A stretch of 39,443 bases of DNA from a virus, in UHGV virus genome UHGV-0120658; one strand, given 5' to 3'. Within the stretch, counting starts at the first letter, position 1. The number at the start of each line of letters is the position of its first letter. A program made the position numbers and the translations under genes. Of the stretch, positions 25,344 to 34,650 are shown one piece after another. The notes beneath the pieces were generated by a model, which was given only the letters and a program-made list of their open reading frames with translations, was not told the origin of the DNA and searched no databases.

Positions 25344-26884
25344 GCACAAAATTTTATACCCTGCTGACGGATATTGGCGCGGCGAAACTTGCCAGCGCCG
25401 CCGCGCTCGGTGTGCCGCTAAAAATTACCCATATGGCGGTGGGCGATGGCGGCGGAGTATTGCCGACGCCGGACGCAAAGCAGACTGCACTGGTAAATGA
25501 GAAACGCCGGGCTGCGCTGAATATGCTCTATATCGACCCGCAGAACAGCAGCCAGATTATTGCTGAACAGGTGATCCCTGAAAACGAGGGCGGTTGGTGG
25601 ATACGTGAAGTGGGCCTGTTTGATGAGTCAGGGGCATTGATTGCCGTGGGGAACTGCCCGGAAAGCTATAAACCGCAACTGGCTGAAGGCAGCGGGCGCA
25701 CCCAGACCGTGCGCATGGTGCTGATTACCAGCAGCAAGGAAAATATCACCCTGAAAATCGATCCTGCTGTAGTGCTGGCAACCCGCAAGTATGTGGATGA
25801 CAAGGTACTGGAGCTGAAGGTGTATGTGGATGACCTGATGGCAAAACACCTTGCCGCACAGGACCCACATTCACAGTATGCACAGAAAGAAAGTCCGACG
25901 TTTACCGGGAAACCCAAAGCGCCAACGCCAGCAGCAGGGAATAACACCACGCAGATTGCGACCACCGCGTTTGTTCAGGCGGCACTGATGGCCCTTATTA
26001 ATGGTGCGCCAGCCACACTGGATACGCTGAAAGAAATTGCCGCTGCCATTAATAATGACCCGAAATTCAGTACCACCATTAACAATGCGCTGGCACTGAA
26101 AGCGCCGTTGTCGAGTCCGGCACTCACCGGAACGCCAACAGCCCCCACGGCGGCGCAGTCGGTCAACAATACACAGATTGCCACTACGGCTTTTGTGAAA
26201 TCGGCGATTGCGGCAATGGTGGGTTCTGCACCTGCGGCACTGGATACACTGAACGAACTGGCGGCGGCGCTGGGGAATGACCCGAACTTTGCCACGACAA
26301 TGCTTAATGCACTGGCAGGTAAACAACCGCTGGACAATACGCTGACTAATTTGAGTGGAAAGGATGTAGCTGGTCTTCTCACATACCTTGGTTTGGGAGA
26401 AGGCTCAGCGTTACCCGTTGGTGTGCCTGTTCCGTGGCCTTCAGCCACACCACCAACAGGCTGGCTGAAATGCAACGGTGCACCTTTTTCTGCCGAAGAG
26501 TACCCAAAACTGGCAAAGGCTTACCCAAAGTTAAAATTACCGGATTTGCGCGGTGAGTTTATTCGCGGGTGGGATGATGGGCGAGGTGTTGATTCCGCGA
26601 GACTGCTACTTTCAAGTCAGGCGGCATCTATCCTTGAACATAACCATGAAATGCATGGATGGACAGGGAACCCACTCATGGCTAGAGATGTTTATTCATC
26701 CGGTTCATCCGTATTTGCGGTGCAGTTGAGCATTGGCGATGGCGGGTTATTGTATTCGTGGAAGGATGGGAGTGGAACAACAAATGACAGTAAACGAATG
26801 GATAGAACAAATCATGTCAGTTCCGGCGCCGGTGATGGTAGCCCGCGAAACATTGCATTTAACTACATTGTGAGGGCTGCATAA
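25340..26884 (+). CDS. H: Tail fibre protein (P2 gpH-like); C-terminal part lies in the invertible segment
   Basis: Conserved N-terminus MSTKFYTLLTDIGAAKLA; the variable C-terminal part begins downstream of the inversion site at about 26388. Confidence 0.85.
   Translation: MSTKFYTLLTDIGAAKLASAAALGVPLKITHMAVGDGGGVLPTPDAKQTALVNEKRRAALNMLYIDPQNSSQIIAEQVIPENEGGWWIREVGLFDESGALIAVGNCPESYKPQLAEGSGRTQTVRMVLITSSKENITLKIDPAVVLATRKYVDDKVLELKVYVDDLMAKHLAAQDPHSQYAQKESPTFTGKPKAPTPAAGNNTTQIATTAFVQAALMALINGAPATLDTLKEIAAAINNDPKFSTTINNALALKAPLSSPALTGTPTAPTAAQSVNNTQIATTAFVKSAIAAMVGSAPAALDTLNELAAALGNDPNFATTMLNALAGKQPLDNTLTNLSGKDVAGLLTYLGLGEGSALPVGVPVPWPSATPPTGWLKCNGAPFSAEEYPKLAKAYPKLKLPDLRGEFIRGWDDGRGVDSARLLLSSQAASILEHNHEMHGWTGNPLMARDVYSSGSSVFAVQLSIGDGGLLYSWKDGSGTTNDSKRMDRTNHVSSGAGDGSPRNIAFNYIVRAA
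26376..26401. repeat. Left inversion site (hix/gix-like 26-bp site) inside H
   Basis: TTCTCACATACC-TT-GGTTTGGGAGAA; the half-sites are an imperfect inverted repeat and resemble the remembered Gin/Hin half-site pattern TTxTCxxAAACC. Confidence 0.6.
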
Positions 26885-27487
26885 ATGGAACAGGTTATTT
26901 TGGGAAAAGACGGTTACGCTTTAAATGATGGGGAAATCATCGTACATAACTATGATGGCGAAACGCGGGAATATATTTCCACATCAACTGAATATCTTGC
27001 GGTTGGCGTCGGTATCCCGGCATGTTCTTGTTTAGATGCACCAGTTACACATAAAGCTGGTTATACAATTTGCCGTTCTGTGGATTTAAAATCATGGGAA
27101 TATGTGTCAGACCATCGCGGTGAAATCGTCTATAACACCGAAACGGGAGACGCCAAAGAAATCACAGCTCCGGGTGATTACCCTGAAAATACAACCACTA
27201 TCGCCCCATTAACGCCATACGATAAATGGGATGGTGAGAAATGGGTGACCGATACTGAGGCACAGCATCGCGCCGCAGTAGACGCGACAGAAGCACAGCG
27301 TCAGTCACTGATTGATACTGCAATGGCTTCCATTAGTCTGATTCAACTGAAATTACAGGCCGGGCGGAAACTGACGCAGGCAGAAACAACCCGGCTTAAC
27401 GCTGTGCTGGATTACATTGACGCGGTGACGGCAACAGATACCAGCACCGCGCCGGATGTCATCTGGCCTGAACTGCCGGAGGAGTAG
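26885..27487 (+). CDS. G: Tail fibre assembly protein (P2 gpG-like)
   Basis: 200 aa after H; its C-terminus resembles that of the alternative Tfa on the other strand. Confidence 0.8.
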   Translation: MEQVILGKDGYALNDGEIIVHNYDGETREYISTSTEYLAVGVGIPACSCLDAPVTHKAGYTICRSVDLKSWEYVSDHRGEIVYNTETGDAKEITAPGDYPENTTTIAPLTPYDKWDGEKWVTDTEAQHRAAVDATEAQRQSLIDTAMASISLIQLKLQAGRKLTQAETTRLNAVLDYIDAVTATDTSTAPDVIWPELPEE

Positions 27488-27899
27488 GCCATTCAATATC
27501 TGGTGCACTGGAAGTATCGACCAGCTCCAGTGCGTCCAGATAATCCAGCCACAAATTATATTGCGCCAGTTCCTCACCTTTCAGACGACCAATTGATGCT
27601 TTACCTGGCCATTGTTTACTGTTGATGTATTCGTTGGCCTGGTTAATCAATTGCTGCTTTTTAGTTTCGGCTGATGCAATTTGTTCTTCACGTGTTGGTG
27701 GAGGAACATCTGCCCAAGCTGGCATTCCGTCGCCTGCGGTAATTCTGCGCTTACCTTCGGGCGGCGTGTCATAGAAATATTCCCTGAAAATAGCTTCGTC
27801 TATATCCACGCCTTTACCTTCGGGCCATTGGCCTTTTGCAGCGTAAACAGACTGGAGGGCATAAGGGTACGCCAGATTATCAACATACAAATATTTCAT
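27459..27899 (-). CDS. Alternative tail fibre assembly protein (tfa'), inverted orientation
   Basis: 146 aa on the minus strand, convergent with and overlapping G; C-terminal SAPDIEWPTPP parallels TAPDVIWPELP in G. Confidence 0.7.
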   Translation of the reverse strand: MKYLYVDNLAYPYALQSVYAAKGQWPEGKGVDIDEAIFREYFYDTPPEGKRRITAGDGMPAWADVPPPTREEQIASAETKKQQLINQANEYINSKQWPGKASIGRLKGEELAQYNLWLDYLDALELVDTSSAPDIEWPTPPAVQAR

Positions 27900-27901
27900 A
27901 A

Positions 27902-28231
27902 TTAACGCCCTTTCGCGTAGAAGGCTCCACCTTCAAAGCCATAGTTACAATGAGCAACGAAACCTGTTTTCGTCCAGTTAGTTGCGCCCCACATATTCCC
28001 ACCACCAAAACCGCCGTCATATACAATCACTACGTCTGGCTCCTGCGTAAAAGGAATGGTGAAAGTCACATTTGTAGATACCGCCGCGGCGTTATTCGGG
28101 AAATTAATTCTTCCCCACTGTTCAATTGAACCATCAGGCAATTTTTGCCAGCCAGATCCTGATGAATAAGCTGACATATCAGGTATCTGATTTTCCCCTG
28201 TCCCTACATCCCGTTTTGCCGCCTCTCCCAA
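27902..28231 (-). other. Promoterless alternative tail fibre C-terminal cassette (H'), expressed only after inversion
   Basis: Minus-strand ORF with no ATG, starting at the right inversion site; in frame with the H constant part across the shared GLGE crossover codons. Confidence 0.65.
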
Positions 28232-28248
28232 ACCAACCTTTGAAAATG
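28223..28248. repeat. Right inversion site (inverted copy)
   Basis: CTCTCCCAAACC-AA-CCTTTGAAAATG; the core TCTCCCAAACCAA (28224-28236) is the exact reverse complement of TTGGTTTGGGAGA (26388-26400). Confidence 0.6.
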
Positions 28249-28270
28249 GTCACCTATATAGGTGACCATT
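28245..28270. other. Perfect 26-bp palindrome AATGGTCACCTATATAGGTGACCATT (terminator or protein-binding site)
   Basis: Exact reverse-complement symmetry; sits between the orf140 stop and the right inversion site. Confidence 0.5.
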
Positions 28271-28274
28271 CGGG

Positions 28275-28697
28275 TTAATGCAGCGTTGTAGTTGAGCTGG
28301 ACTCTGCCATTGCCACTGTCAATTCATCGCCTTCGGCTGAGATCTTAATGGTATTACTTCCTTCTGATTTAGCGCCTTTTGGTAGACCTAGCTGATCATA
28401 GATACACAAGAATCTTGAATCATTTATAAAGGTGATTTCTGTTACAGTCCCACCTTCAACGACCTTAGAGTCTATTGATTTTATCAAATTGATATCCTGA
28501 ACATTAATGTGCTTTATCGCATCCCAGTTAAGGCTGATGTCCACGTTATCCTTTTGCATCGTTATCACATGACCGGCCTTATGCTGGGTTGTGACTTTTC
28601 CATCAGGGCTCATCGTAATCTTTTGCCCCATGTGATAAATAATTTGAGTTCCGTCTTCGAGACACTCGATTTTTGGCTCTTTAGTAAAGTCGTTCAT
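28275..28697 (-). CDS. Hypothetical 140-aa protein at the Z/fun-equivalent position
   Basis: AT-rich ORF between the invertible segment and the invertase gene; no recognised motif. Confidence 0.5.
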   Translation of the reverse strand: MNDFTKEPKIECLEDGTQIIYHMGQKITMSPDGKVTTQHKAGHVITMQKDNVDISLNWDAIKHINVQDINLIKSIDSKVVEGGTVTEITFINDSRFLCIYDQLGLPKGAKSEGSNTIKISAEGDELTVAMAESSSTTTLH

Positions 28698-28902
28698 GAA
28701 AATCCTTCAATTATCTGTTGCTGGAAGGTGCTAATCTACACGAATCCTTGGTTATGTATGTAATGAGGCTCTAGAAATCCACTTGAATATAAATAAATTT
28801 TTATGGTGTTGGCTTGTAATGCTCGCGTAGCTCTTTGTCAAAAGTGAAACTCTGATAACCTGGTTCTACTGACGAACAGAAGGATGAGCAGGAGATCGCT
28901 TT

Positions 28903-29463
28903 ATGATTATTGGGTATGCACGAGTATCAAGTAACCATCAGGACACCGAGCTTCAGATGCAGGCGCTCAGAGCTGCTGGCTGTAAGTTAATTTTTGAGGA
29001 AAAGGCTTCTGGCCGTAAGACGAATCGACCAATCTTGAAGAAAGTGGTTGAGATGCTTGAACCCGGTGACGAACTGGTCATCTGGAAGTTAGATCGTATC
29101 GGTCGCAATGTACTGCACGCATTATTGACCTTTCAGAGCCTCGCAGAACGCAATGTTAATATTCGTTCTATTACAGATGGCGTTGACCTGAGCACTGCCA
29201 GTGGGCGCTATAACTTCCGTAATATTCTCTCTGCGGCACAATATGAGTCTGATCTGAATAGTGAACGCACTCTGGCAGGGTTAGCGGTTGCCCGCGCTAA
29301 GGGGAGGATTGGCGGACGTAAGCCTAAGTATACTGATGAGCACTGGGATGCGTTTGAACGGGAAATTAAGTCCGGCTGCTCACATCGTGATATAGCTCTC
29401 AAATATGGGGTCGGCCTGTCGACTCTCTACAAACGTTATCCGCCTCAGCAAGAGCATCACTAA
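28903..29463 (+). CDS. Serine recombinase, DNA invertase (Hin/Gin/Pin/Cin family)
   Basis: N-terminal catalytic domain MIIGYARVSSNHQDTELQMQAL with the active-site serine in RVSS; C-terminal HTH. Confidence 0.85.
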   Translation: MIIGYARVSSNHQDTELQMQALRAAGCKLIFEEKASGRKTNRPILKKVVEMLEPGDELVIWKLDRIGRNVLHALLTFQSLAERNVNIRSITDGVDLSTASGRYNFRNILSAAQYESDLNSERTLAGLAVARAKGRIGGRKPKYTDEHWDAFEREIKSGCSHRDIALKYGVGLSTLYKRYPPQQEHH

Positions 29464-29599
29464 ACACTCTTTGCGTTCATTTTTGCACTGTGCAGAATGT
29501 GTCTTTTTGGCACCTTCTGGCAGTGCAAAATTTATCGCGTTTTGGTGCAAAAAAAATCGCCGCGCTACAATCTGCGGGGATTTTTTTTGCCCCTTCCAT

Positions 29600-29617
29600 T
29601 GTGCCATTCTCCACACA
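29600..29617. promoter_or_regulatory. Candidate late-activator site TGT-N12-ACA upstream of FI
   Basis: TGTgccattctccacACA centred about 84 bp upstream of the FI start codon. Confidence 0.4.
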
Positions 29618-29691
29618 TAGCCCGGTGCGTGCGCAGTGCGCATATCAACCAGAACATAGGCAGACACCCTGTAAACCGGAGAGACTGCCTT

Positions 29692-30864
29692 ATGGCTCAG
29701 GACTACCACCACGGCGTGCGCGTTGTTGAAATCAACGAGGGCACCCGATCCATTACCACGGTGAGCACCGCCATTGTGGGCATGGTATGCACCGGCGATG
29801 ATGCTGATGCGTCCATGTTTCCACTCAATAAGCCGGTTCTGCTGACCGATGTGTTGACCGCCAGCGGTAAAGCGGGCGAGTCCGGCACGCTGGCCCGTTC
29901 GCTGGATGCGATTGCAGACCAGGCTAAACCCGTGACCGTCGTTGTACGTGTGGCGCAGGGCGAAACCGAAGCGGAAACCACCTCCAACATTATCGGCGGC
30001 GTGACCGCTGACGGTAAAAAGACGGGCATGAAAGCGCTGCTTTCGGCGCAGTCGCAGCTCGGCGTCAAGCCGCGCATTCTCGGCGTGCCGGGACACGACA
30101 CGCAGGCGGTTGCCACTGAGCTGCTGAGCGTGGCGCAGAGCCTGCGCGGGTTTGCTTATCTGTCCGCCTATGGCTGCAAAACGGTGGAAGAAGCGATTGC
30201 CTACCGTGACAATTTCAGCCAGCGCGAGGGGATGCTGATCTGGCCTGACTTCATCAACTTTGACACCGTGCTGAATGCAGATGCGACGGCTTACGCCTCC
30301 GCTCGTGCGCTCGGCCTGCGTGCCAAAATTGACGAGCAGACCGGCTGGCACAAAACCCTGTCCAACGTGGGCGTGAATGGTGTCACCGGCATTTCCGCTG
30401 ATGTGTTCTGGGATCTGCAGGACCCGGCAACCGATGCGGGACTGTTGAACCAGAACGACGTCACCACGCTTATCCGCAAAGACGGCTTCCGCTTCTGGGG
30501 TTCCCGCTGCCTCAGTGACGATCCGCTGTTTGCCTTTGAGAACTACACCCGCACGGCGCAGGTGCTGGCTGACACCATCGCAGAAGCGCACATGTGGGCG
30601 GTGGATGGCGTGCTTAACCCATCGCTGGCCCGTGACATTATCGAAGGTATCCGCGCCAAGCTGCGCAGCCTGAAAGCGCAGGGTTACATCATCGGCGCAG
30701 ACTGCTGGCTGGATGAGTCGGTGAACGATAAAGACTCCCTGAAAGCCGGGAAGCTCACTATCGACTACGACTACACGCCGGTGCCGCCGCTTGAAAACCT
30801 GATGCTGCGCCAGCGCATCACCGATCAGTACCTGCTGGATTTCTCCAGCCAGGTCAGCGCGTAA
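29692..30864 (+). CDS. FI: Tail sheath protein (P2 gpFI-like)
   Basis: ATG at 29692 with GGAGAG RBS gives 390 aa, close to P2 FI; the track ORF from 29497 is an upstream extension. Confidence 0.85.
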   Translation: MAQDYHHGVRVVEINEGTRSITTVSTAIVGMVCTGDDADASMFPLNKPVLLTDVLTASGKAGESGTLARSLDAIADQAKPVTVVVRVAQGETEAETTSNIIGGVTADGKKTGMKALLSAQSQLGVKPRILGVPGHDTQAVATELLSVAQSLRGFAYLSAYGCKTVEEAIAYRDNFSQREGMLIWPDFINFDTVLNADATAYASARALGLRAKIDEQTGWHKTLSNVGVNGVTGISADVFWDLQDPATDAGLLNQNDVTTLIRKDGFRFWGSRCLSDDPLFAFENYTRTAQVLADTIAEAHMWAVDGVLNPSLARDIIEGIRAKLRSLKAQGYIIGADCWLDESVNDKDSLKAGKLTIDYDYTPVPPLENLMLRQRITDQYLLDFSSQVSA

Positions 30865-30873
30865 GGGGACACC

Positions 30874-31389
30874 ATGGCTTTACCACGTAAGTTAAAACAC
30901 CTGAACCTGTTCAACGACGGGAACAACTGGCAGGGGATCGTTGAGTCTCTGACCCTGCCGAAATTCACCCGCAAGTTTGAGAAGTATCGCGGCGGCGGTA
31001 TGCCGGGCGCGGTGGACGTGGATATGGGGCTGGATGACGGCGCACTGGACACGGAATTTTCAATCGGTGGCACTGAACTGCTGTTATTCAAGCAGATGGG
31101 CAAGGCCACCGTTGACGGCATCCAGCTGCGTTTCACCGGCTCCATTCAGCGTGACGATACCGGGGAAGTGCAGGCCGTTGAGCTGGTTGTGCGCGGGCGC
31201 CATAAAGAAGTGGATTCCGGCGAGTGGAAAACCGGCGAGAGCAGCAGCACCAAAGTCAGCAGCACCAACAGCTACGCGAAGCTGACCATTAACGGTGAGG
31301 TGCTCTATGAGGTCGATCTGGTCAACATGGTTGAAATCGTTGACGGCGTGGACCTGATGGAAGAACACCGTAACGCCCTCGGCCTCTGA
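30874..31389 (+). CDS. FII: Tail tube protein (P2 gpFII-like)
   Basis: 171 aa following FI, with AAGGGGA RBS. Confidence 0.85.
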   Translation: MALPRKLKHLNLFNDGNNWQGIVESLTLPKFTRKFEKYRGGGMPGAVDVDMGLDDGALDTEFSIGGTELLLFKQMGKATVDGIQLRFTGSIQRDDTGEVQAVELVVRGRHKEVDSGEWKTGESSSTKVSSTNSYAKLTINGEVLYEVDLVNMVEIVDGVDLMEEHRNALGL

Positions 31390-31400
31390 TTAACCTTAAC

Positions 31401-31418
31401 GGCGCGGGAAGCCGCGCC
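31401..31418 (+). other. GC-rich stem-loop between FII and E (weak terminator or attenuator)
   Basis: ggcgcgg / gaag / ccgcgcc, followed by only a weak T tract. Confidence 0.25.
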
Positions 31419-31443
31419 AGTATTTCATTAACAGGAAACGAAC

Positions 31444-31746
31444 ATGAGCGACAAGCTGACTGAAAAGACCGTAAAACTAGATACCACCATCATGCGCGGT
31501 AAAACTGAAATTACCGAAATTGTGCTGCGTAAGCCGCAGTCCGGCGCACTGCGTGGCACCCGTCTGCAGGCCATTATGGATATGGACGTGGGCGCGATGA
31601 TGACTGTGATCCCGCGAATCTCCTCCCCGACGCTGACTGCGCAGGAAATGGCAGAGCTGGACCCCGCCGATCTGACAGCAATGGCTGTAGAGGTGGTTAC
31701 TTTTTTGTTGCCGAAGTCGGTGCTTGCCGATTTGCCGACAACCTGA
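31444..31746 (+). CDS. E: Tail assembly chaperone E (P2 gpE-like)
   Basis: 100 aa upstream of the tape measure gene; contains the T TTT TTG slippery site at 31701-31707. Confidence 0.8.
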   Translation: MSDKLTEKTVKLDTTIMRGKTEITEIVLRKPQSGALRGTRLQAIMDMDVGAMMTVIPRISSPTLTAQEMAELDPADLTAMAVEVVTFLLPKSVLADLPTT

Positions 31747-31880
31747 CGGTTGATGATCTGGTGGCAGATATTGCCACCATCTTTCACTGGTCGCCGTCCA
31801 TCACTGACGTTATGCCGCTGACTGATGTGCTGGAGTGGCGGCATAAGGCAATTCAGAGAAGCGGGGCCAGCGATGAGTGA
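31444..31880 (+). CDS. E+E' fusion made by a programmed -1 frameshift
   Basis: After a -1 slip at TTTTTTG the reading frame continues (FFVAEVGACRFADNLTVDDLVADIATIFHWSPSITDVMPLTDVLEWRHKAIQRSGASDE) to the TGA at 31878-31880, overlapping the T start. Same arrangement as P2 E/E+E'. Confidence 0.6.
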
Positions 31881-34650
31881 TAATAACCTGCGACTGCAGG
31901 TAGTTCTGGGGGCGGTGGATAAGTTAACCCGCCCATTTAAAAATGCACAGGCTGGCTCTAAGGAGCTGGCATCAGCTATTCGACAAACCCGCGATCAGAT
32001 TAAAAAGCTGAGTGATGCTGGAGGTCAGCTTAAATCTTTCGATCAGCTAACTCAAAGTGTTAGCCGTACTGGTGCCGAACTGGATCAGGCGAGGCTACGC
32101 GCTCAAATGATGACGCGCGAAATGTCTTCTTTGGAATCCCCGACAAAAAAACAAACGCAGGCGCTTGAAGCTCAGTGGCGTGCTGTTTCACGTCTTGAAC
32201 AAAAACAGCAACAGGAAACTCGCCAGATGGCGGCAGCCAGGGCTGAGCTTTATCGGCTGGGGTTATCTGCTGGGGGCGGAGCGCGTGAGACGGCACGGAT
32301 TGCACAAGAAACTGAGCGGTATAACCGACAGTTGGCTGAGCAGGAGCGCAGGCTGCGTGAAGTTGGCGAGCGTCAGCGAAAGCTCAACGCCATCAAAGCC
32401 AAGGCTGAAAAGACCCGCGAGTTAAGGAACTCTCTGGCAGGTAATGGTGCAGGGGCGATGGCGGCTGGGGTAACTACTGGCATGACGTTGCTGGCTCCAG
32501 TAAAAGCCTATTCAGAATCAGAAAATGCAGCGAATCAGCTCGCCGGTTCAATGATGGGGCCGGGCGGAAAGGTAGCGCCTGAATTTGAAAAAATTAACCG
32601 GCTTGCAGTTGCTTTGGGCGATAAGCTGCCGGGAACAACAGCCGACTTTCAGAACATGATGACTATGCTACGCCGTCAGGGTATGTCGGCGCAGGTCATC
32701 CTGGGCGGCTTGGGAGAGTCAGCAGCTTATCTTGGCGTGCAGTTACAGATGGCTCCCACTGCAGCAGCTGAGTTTGCGGCTAAGTTACAAGATGCTACCC
32801 AGACCTCCGAAAAAGACATGATGAATCTGATGGACGTGATCCAGAAAGGATTCTACGCAGGGGTAGATTCAGGAAATATGCTGCAGGGGTTCTCAAAAAT
32901 CAGCAGTGCGATGGATATTATTCATAAAAAGGGATTGGACGCGGCTAAGACATTTGCTCCTCTATTAGTTATGGCTGATCAGGCTGGTATGGCTGGAGAG
33001 TCAGCTGGTAATGCCTACCGAAAAGTATTTCAGTCCGTCATGAATACGGAAAAAGTGAAGGATGCTAATGATGAACTAAAAGGCACCGGTGTTAAGTTCG
33101 ATTTTACGGATGGCAAGGGGGAGTTTGGCGGGCTGGAGAAAATGTACACGCAGTTAGCTCAACTCCAAAAGCTTAATACTGAGAAAAGGTTAGCTACTCT
33201 AAAAGGTATTTTTGGGGATGATGCGGAAACGCTGCAGGTGCTAAATATTATGATTACCAAAGGCATCTCAGGGTATCGAGAAACGGCTTCAAAGCTACAA
33301 AATCAGGCTTCTCTGCGCGAGCGTGTTGATGCCTCCTTGAATACTCTTGGTAATAAATGGGAAGCCGCTACAGGTTCCTTTACCAATGCTATGGCTAGTA
33401 TCGGTGAAACAGTCGCCCCTGCATTAAAGAAGCTGGCTGACTGGTTGGGTGAACTGGCTTCGCGTCTGGATGGTTTTGTTAAACGACACCCACAATTGAC
33501 CTCTGCGCTGTTTAAGCTGGCAGCTGGCTTTGCGATTGTTGCTACCGCCGCTGGGGTTGTTTCACTGGCGCTGGCGTCCGTGTTAGGACCGATGGCAGTA
33601 GTGCGAATGAGCGCAGGGGTGATGGGGCTAAAATTTTCATCTGCATTTGGTCTTATTGGGAAAGCAATCAGTTCTGTTGGCAAGTCAGTTATATGGCTGG
33701 GCCGATTGATGTTTGCAAATCCTATACTGGCTGTCATTGGGTTGATCGCCGCTGGTGCTATTTATATCTGGCAGAATTGGGACACGCTTGGGCCAAAGTT
33801 CAAGGCCATGTGGGATGCCGTATGTAATGCCACAGGTACGGCATGGGATTGGATTAAAGAAAAGGCCAGCGCCGCATGGGAGGGGATTAAATCACTGTTC
33901 TTTAATTATACCTTGCCGGGATTAATAGCTAAAAATTGGGATGCAATAAAATCTGGCGTTTCTGAGGCGTGGGCTAATATCAGGCAATCTATTAGTGATA
34001 AATGGAATTCGATCTTGGCTGATGTTGCCGCGCTTCCTGCGAAGTTTCAGGACATGGGCAGCGCCATTATTGACAGTATTCTTAATGGAATTAATGCCAA
34101 ATGGGAGACACTAAAAAGCAAGCTTTCCTCAGTCACCGATTATCTGCCTGACTGGATGACCGGAAATAATAAAACACAAGGCAAAGCACAGGTGCAGGTG
34201 GTTGGTGGAGCAGCGGCTGCTGCGGTTCCGTTTGCTGGCATGTATGACAGCGGTGGCACGATCCCGCGTGGTCAGTTTGGCATCGTTGGGGAGAACGGCC
34301 CCGAAATAGTGAACGGTCCCGCAAATGTGACCAGCAGACGGCGCACTGCTGCGCTGGCTTCCGTCGTTGCAGGCGTTATGGGCGTAGCGGCAGCGCCTGC
34401 AGAGGCTGCTCCACTACATCCTTACAGTCTGCCTACTGTGGCATATAAACAAAGCCAGCCAGCGAAATCAGCCAGCGCGCCGCCTGTGATGCACTTTGAA
34501 ACTCACGCGCCGATCACTATCTATGCTCAGCCAGGGCAAAGTGCGCAGGATATTGCCCGTGAAGTGGCGCGGCAGCTCGACGAGCGTGAACGCAGGGCCA
34601 GGGCTAAAGCACGCAGTAATTTCAGCGATCAAGGGGGATATGAATCATGA
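31873..34650 (+). CDS. T: Tail tape measure protein (P2 gpT-like)
   Basis: 925 aa from ATG 31873; coiled-coil N-terminal part and Gly/Ala-rich hydrophobic segments. Confidence 0.85.
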   Translation: MSDNNLRLQVVLGAVDKLTRPFKNAQAGSKELASAIRQTRDQIKKLSDAGGQLKSFDQLTQSVSRTGAELDQARLRAQMMTREMSSLESPTKKQTQALEAQWRAVSRLEQKQQQETRQMAAARAELYRLGLSAGGGARETARIAQETERYNRQLAEQERRLREVGERQRKLNAIKAKAEKTRELRNSLAGNGAGAMAAGVTTGMTLLAPVKAYSESENAANQLAGSMMGPGGKVAPEFEKINRLAVALGDKLPGTTADFQNMMTMLRRQGMSAQVILGGLGESAAYLGVQLQMAPTAAAEFAAKLQDATQTSEKDMMNLMDVIQKGFYAGVDSGNMLQGFSKISSAMDIIHKKGLDAAKTFAPLLVMADQAGMAGESAGNAYRKVFQSVMNTEKVKDANDELKGTGVKFDFTDGKGEFGGLEKMYTQLAQLQKLNTEKRLATLKGIFGDDAETLQVLNIMITKGISGYRETASKLQNQASLRERVDASLNTLGNKWEAATGSFTNAMASIGETVAPALKKLADWLGELASRLDGFVKRHPQLTSALFKLAAGFAIVATAAGVVSLALASVLGPMAVVRMSAGVMGLKFSSAFGLIGKAISSVGKSVIWLGRLMFANPILAVIGLIAAGAIYIWQNWDTLGPKFKAMWDAVCNATGTAWDWIKEKASAAWEGIKSLFFNYTLPGLIAKNWDAIKSGVSEAWANIRQSISDKWNSILADVAALPAKFQDMGSAIIDSILNGINAKWETLKSKLSSVTDYLPDWMTGNNKTQGKAQVQVVGGAAAAAVPFAGMYDSGGTIPRGQFGIVGENGPEIVNGPANVTSRRRTAALASVVAGVMGVAAAPAEAAPLHPYSLPTVAYKQSQPAKSASAPPVMHFETHAPITIYAQPGQSAQDIAREVARQLDERERRARAKARSNFSDQGGYES

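Noticed and set aside
29497-29691. N-terminal extension of the FI ORF (track start at 29497)
   Set aside because: The extension spans the promoter and intergenic region and does not align with the P2 FI N-terminus; the ATG at 29692 with an RBS is the likely start.
29380-30591. 403-aa minus-strand ORF opposite the tail sheath gene
   Set aside because: Antisense shadow ORF inside FI; Arg/Gly-rich translation without motifs.
33303-33737. Minus-strand ORFs inside the tape measure gene
   Set aside because: Embedded antisense ORFs within T.
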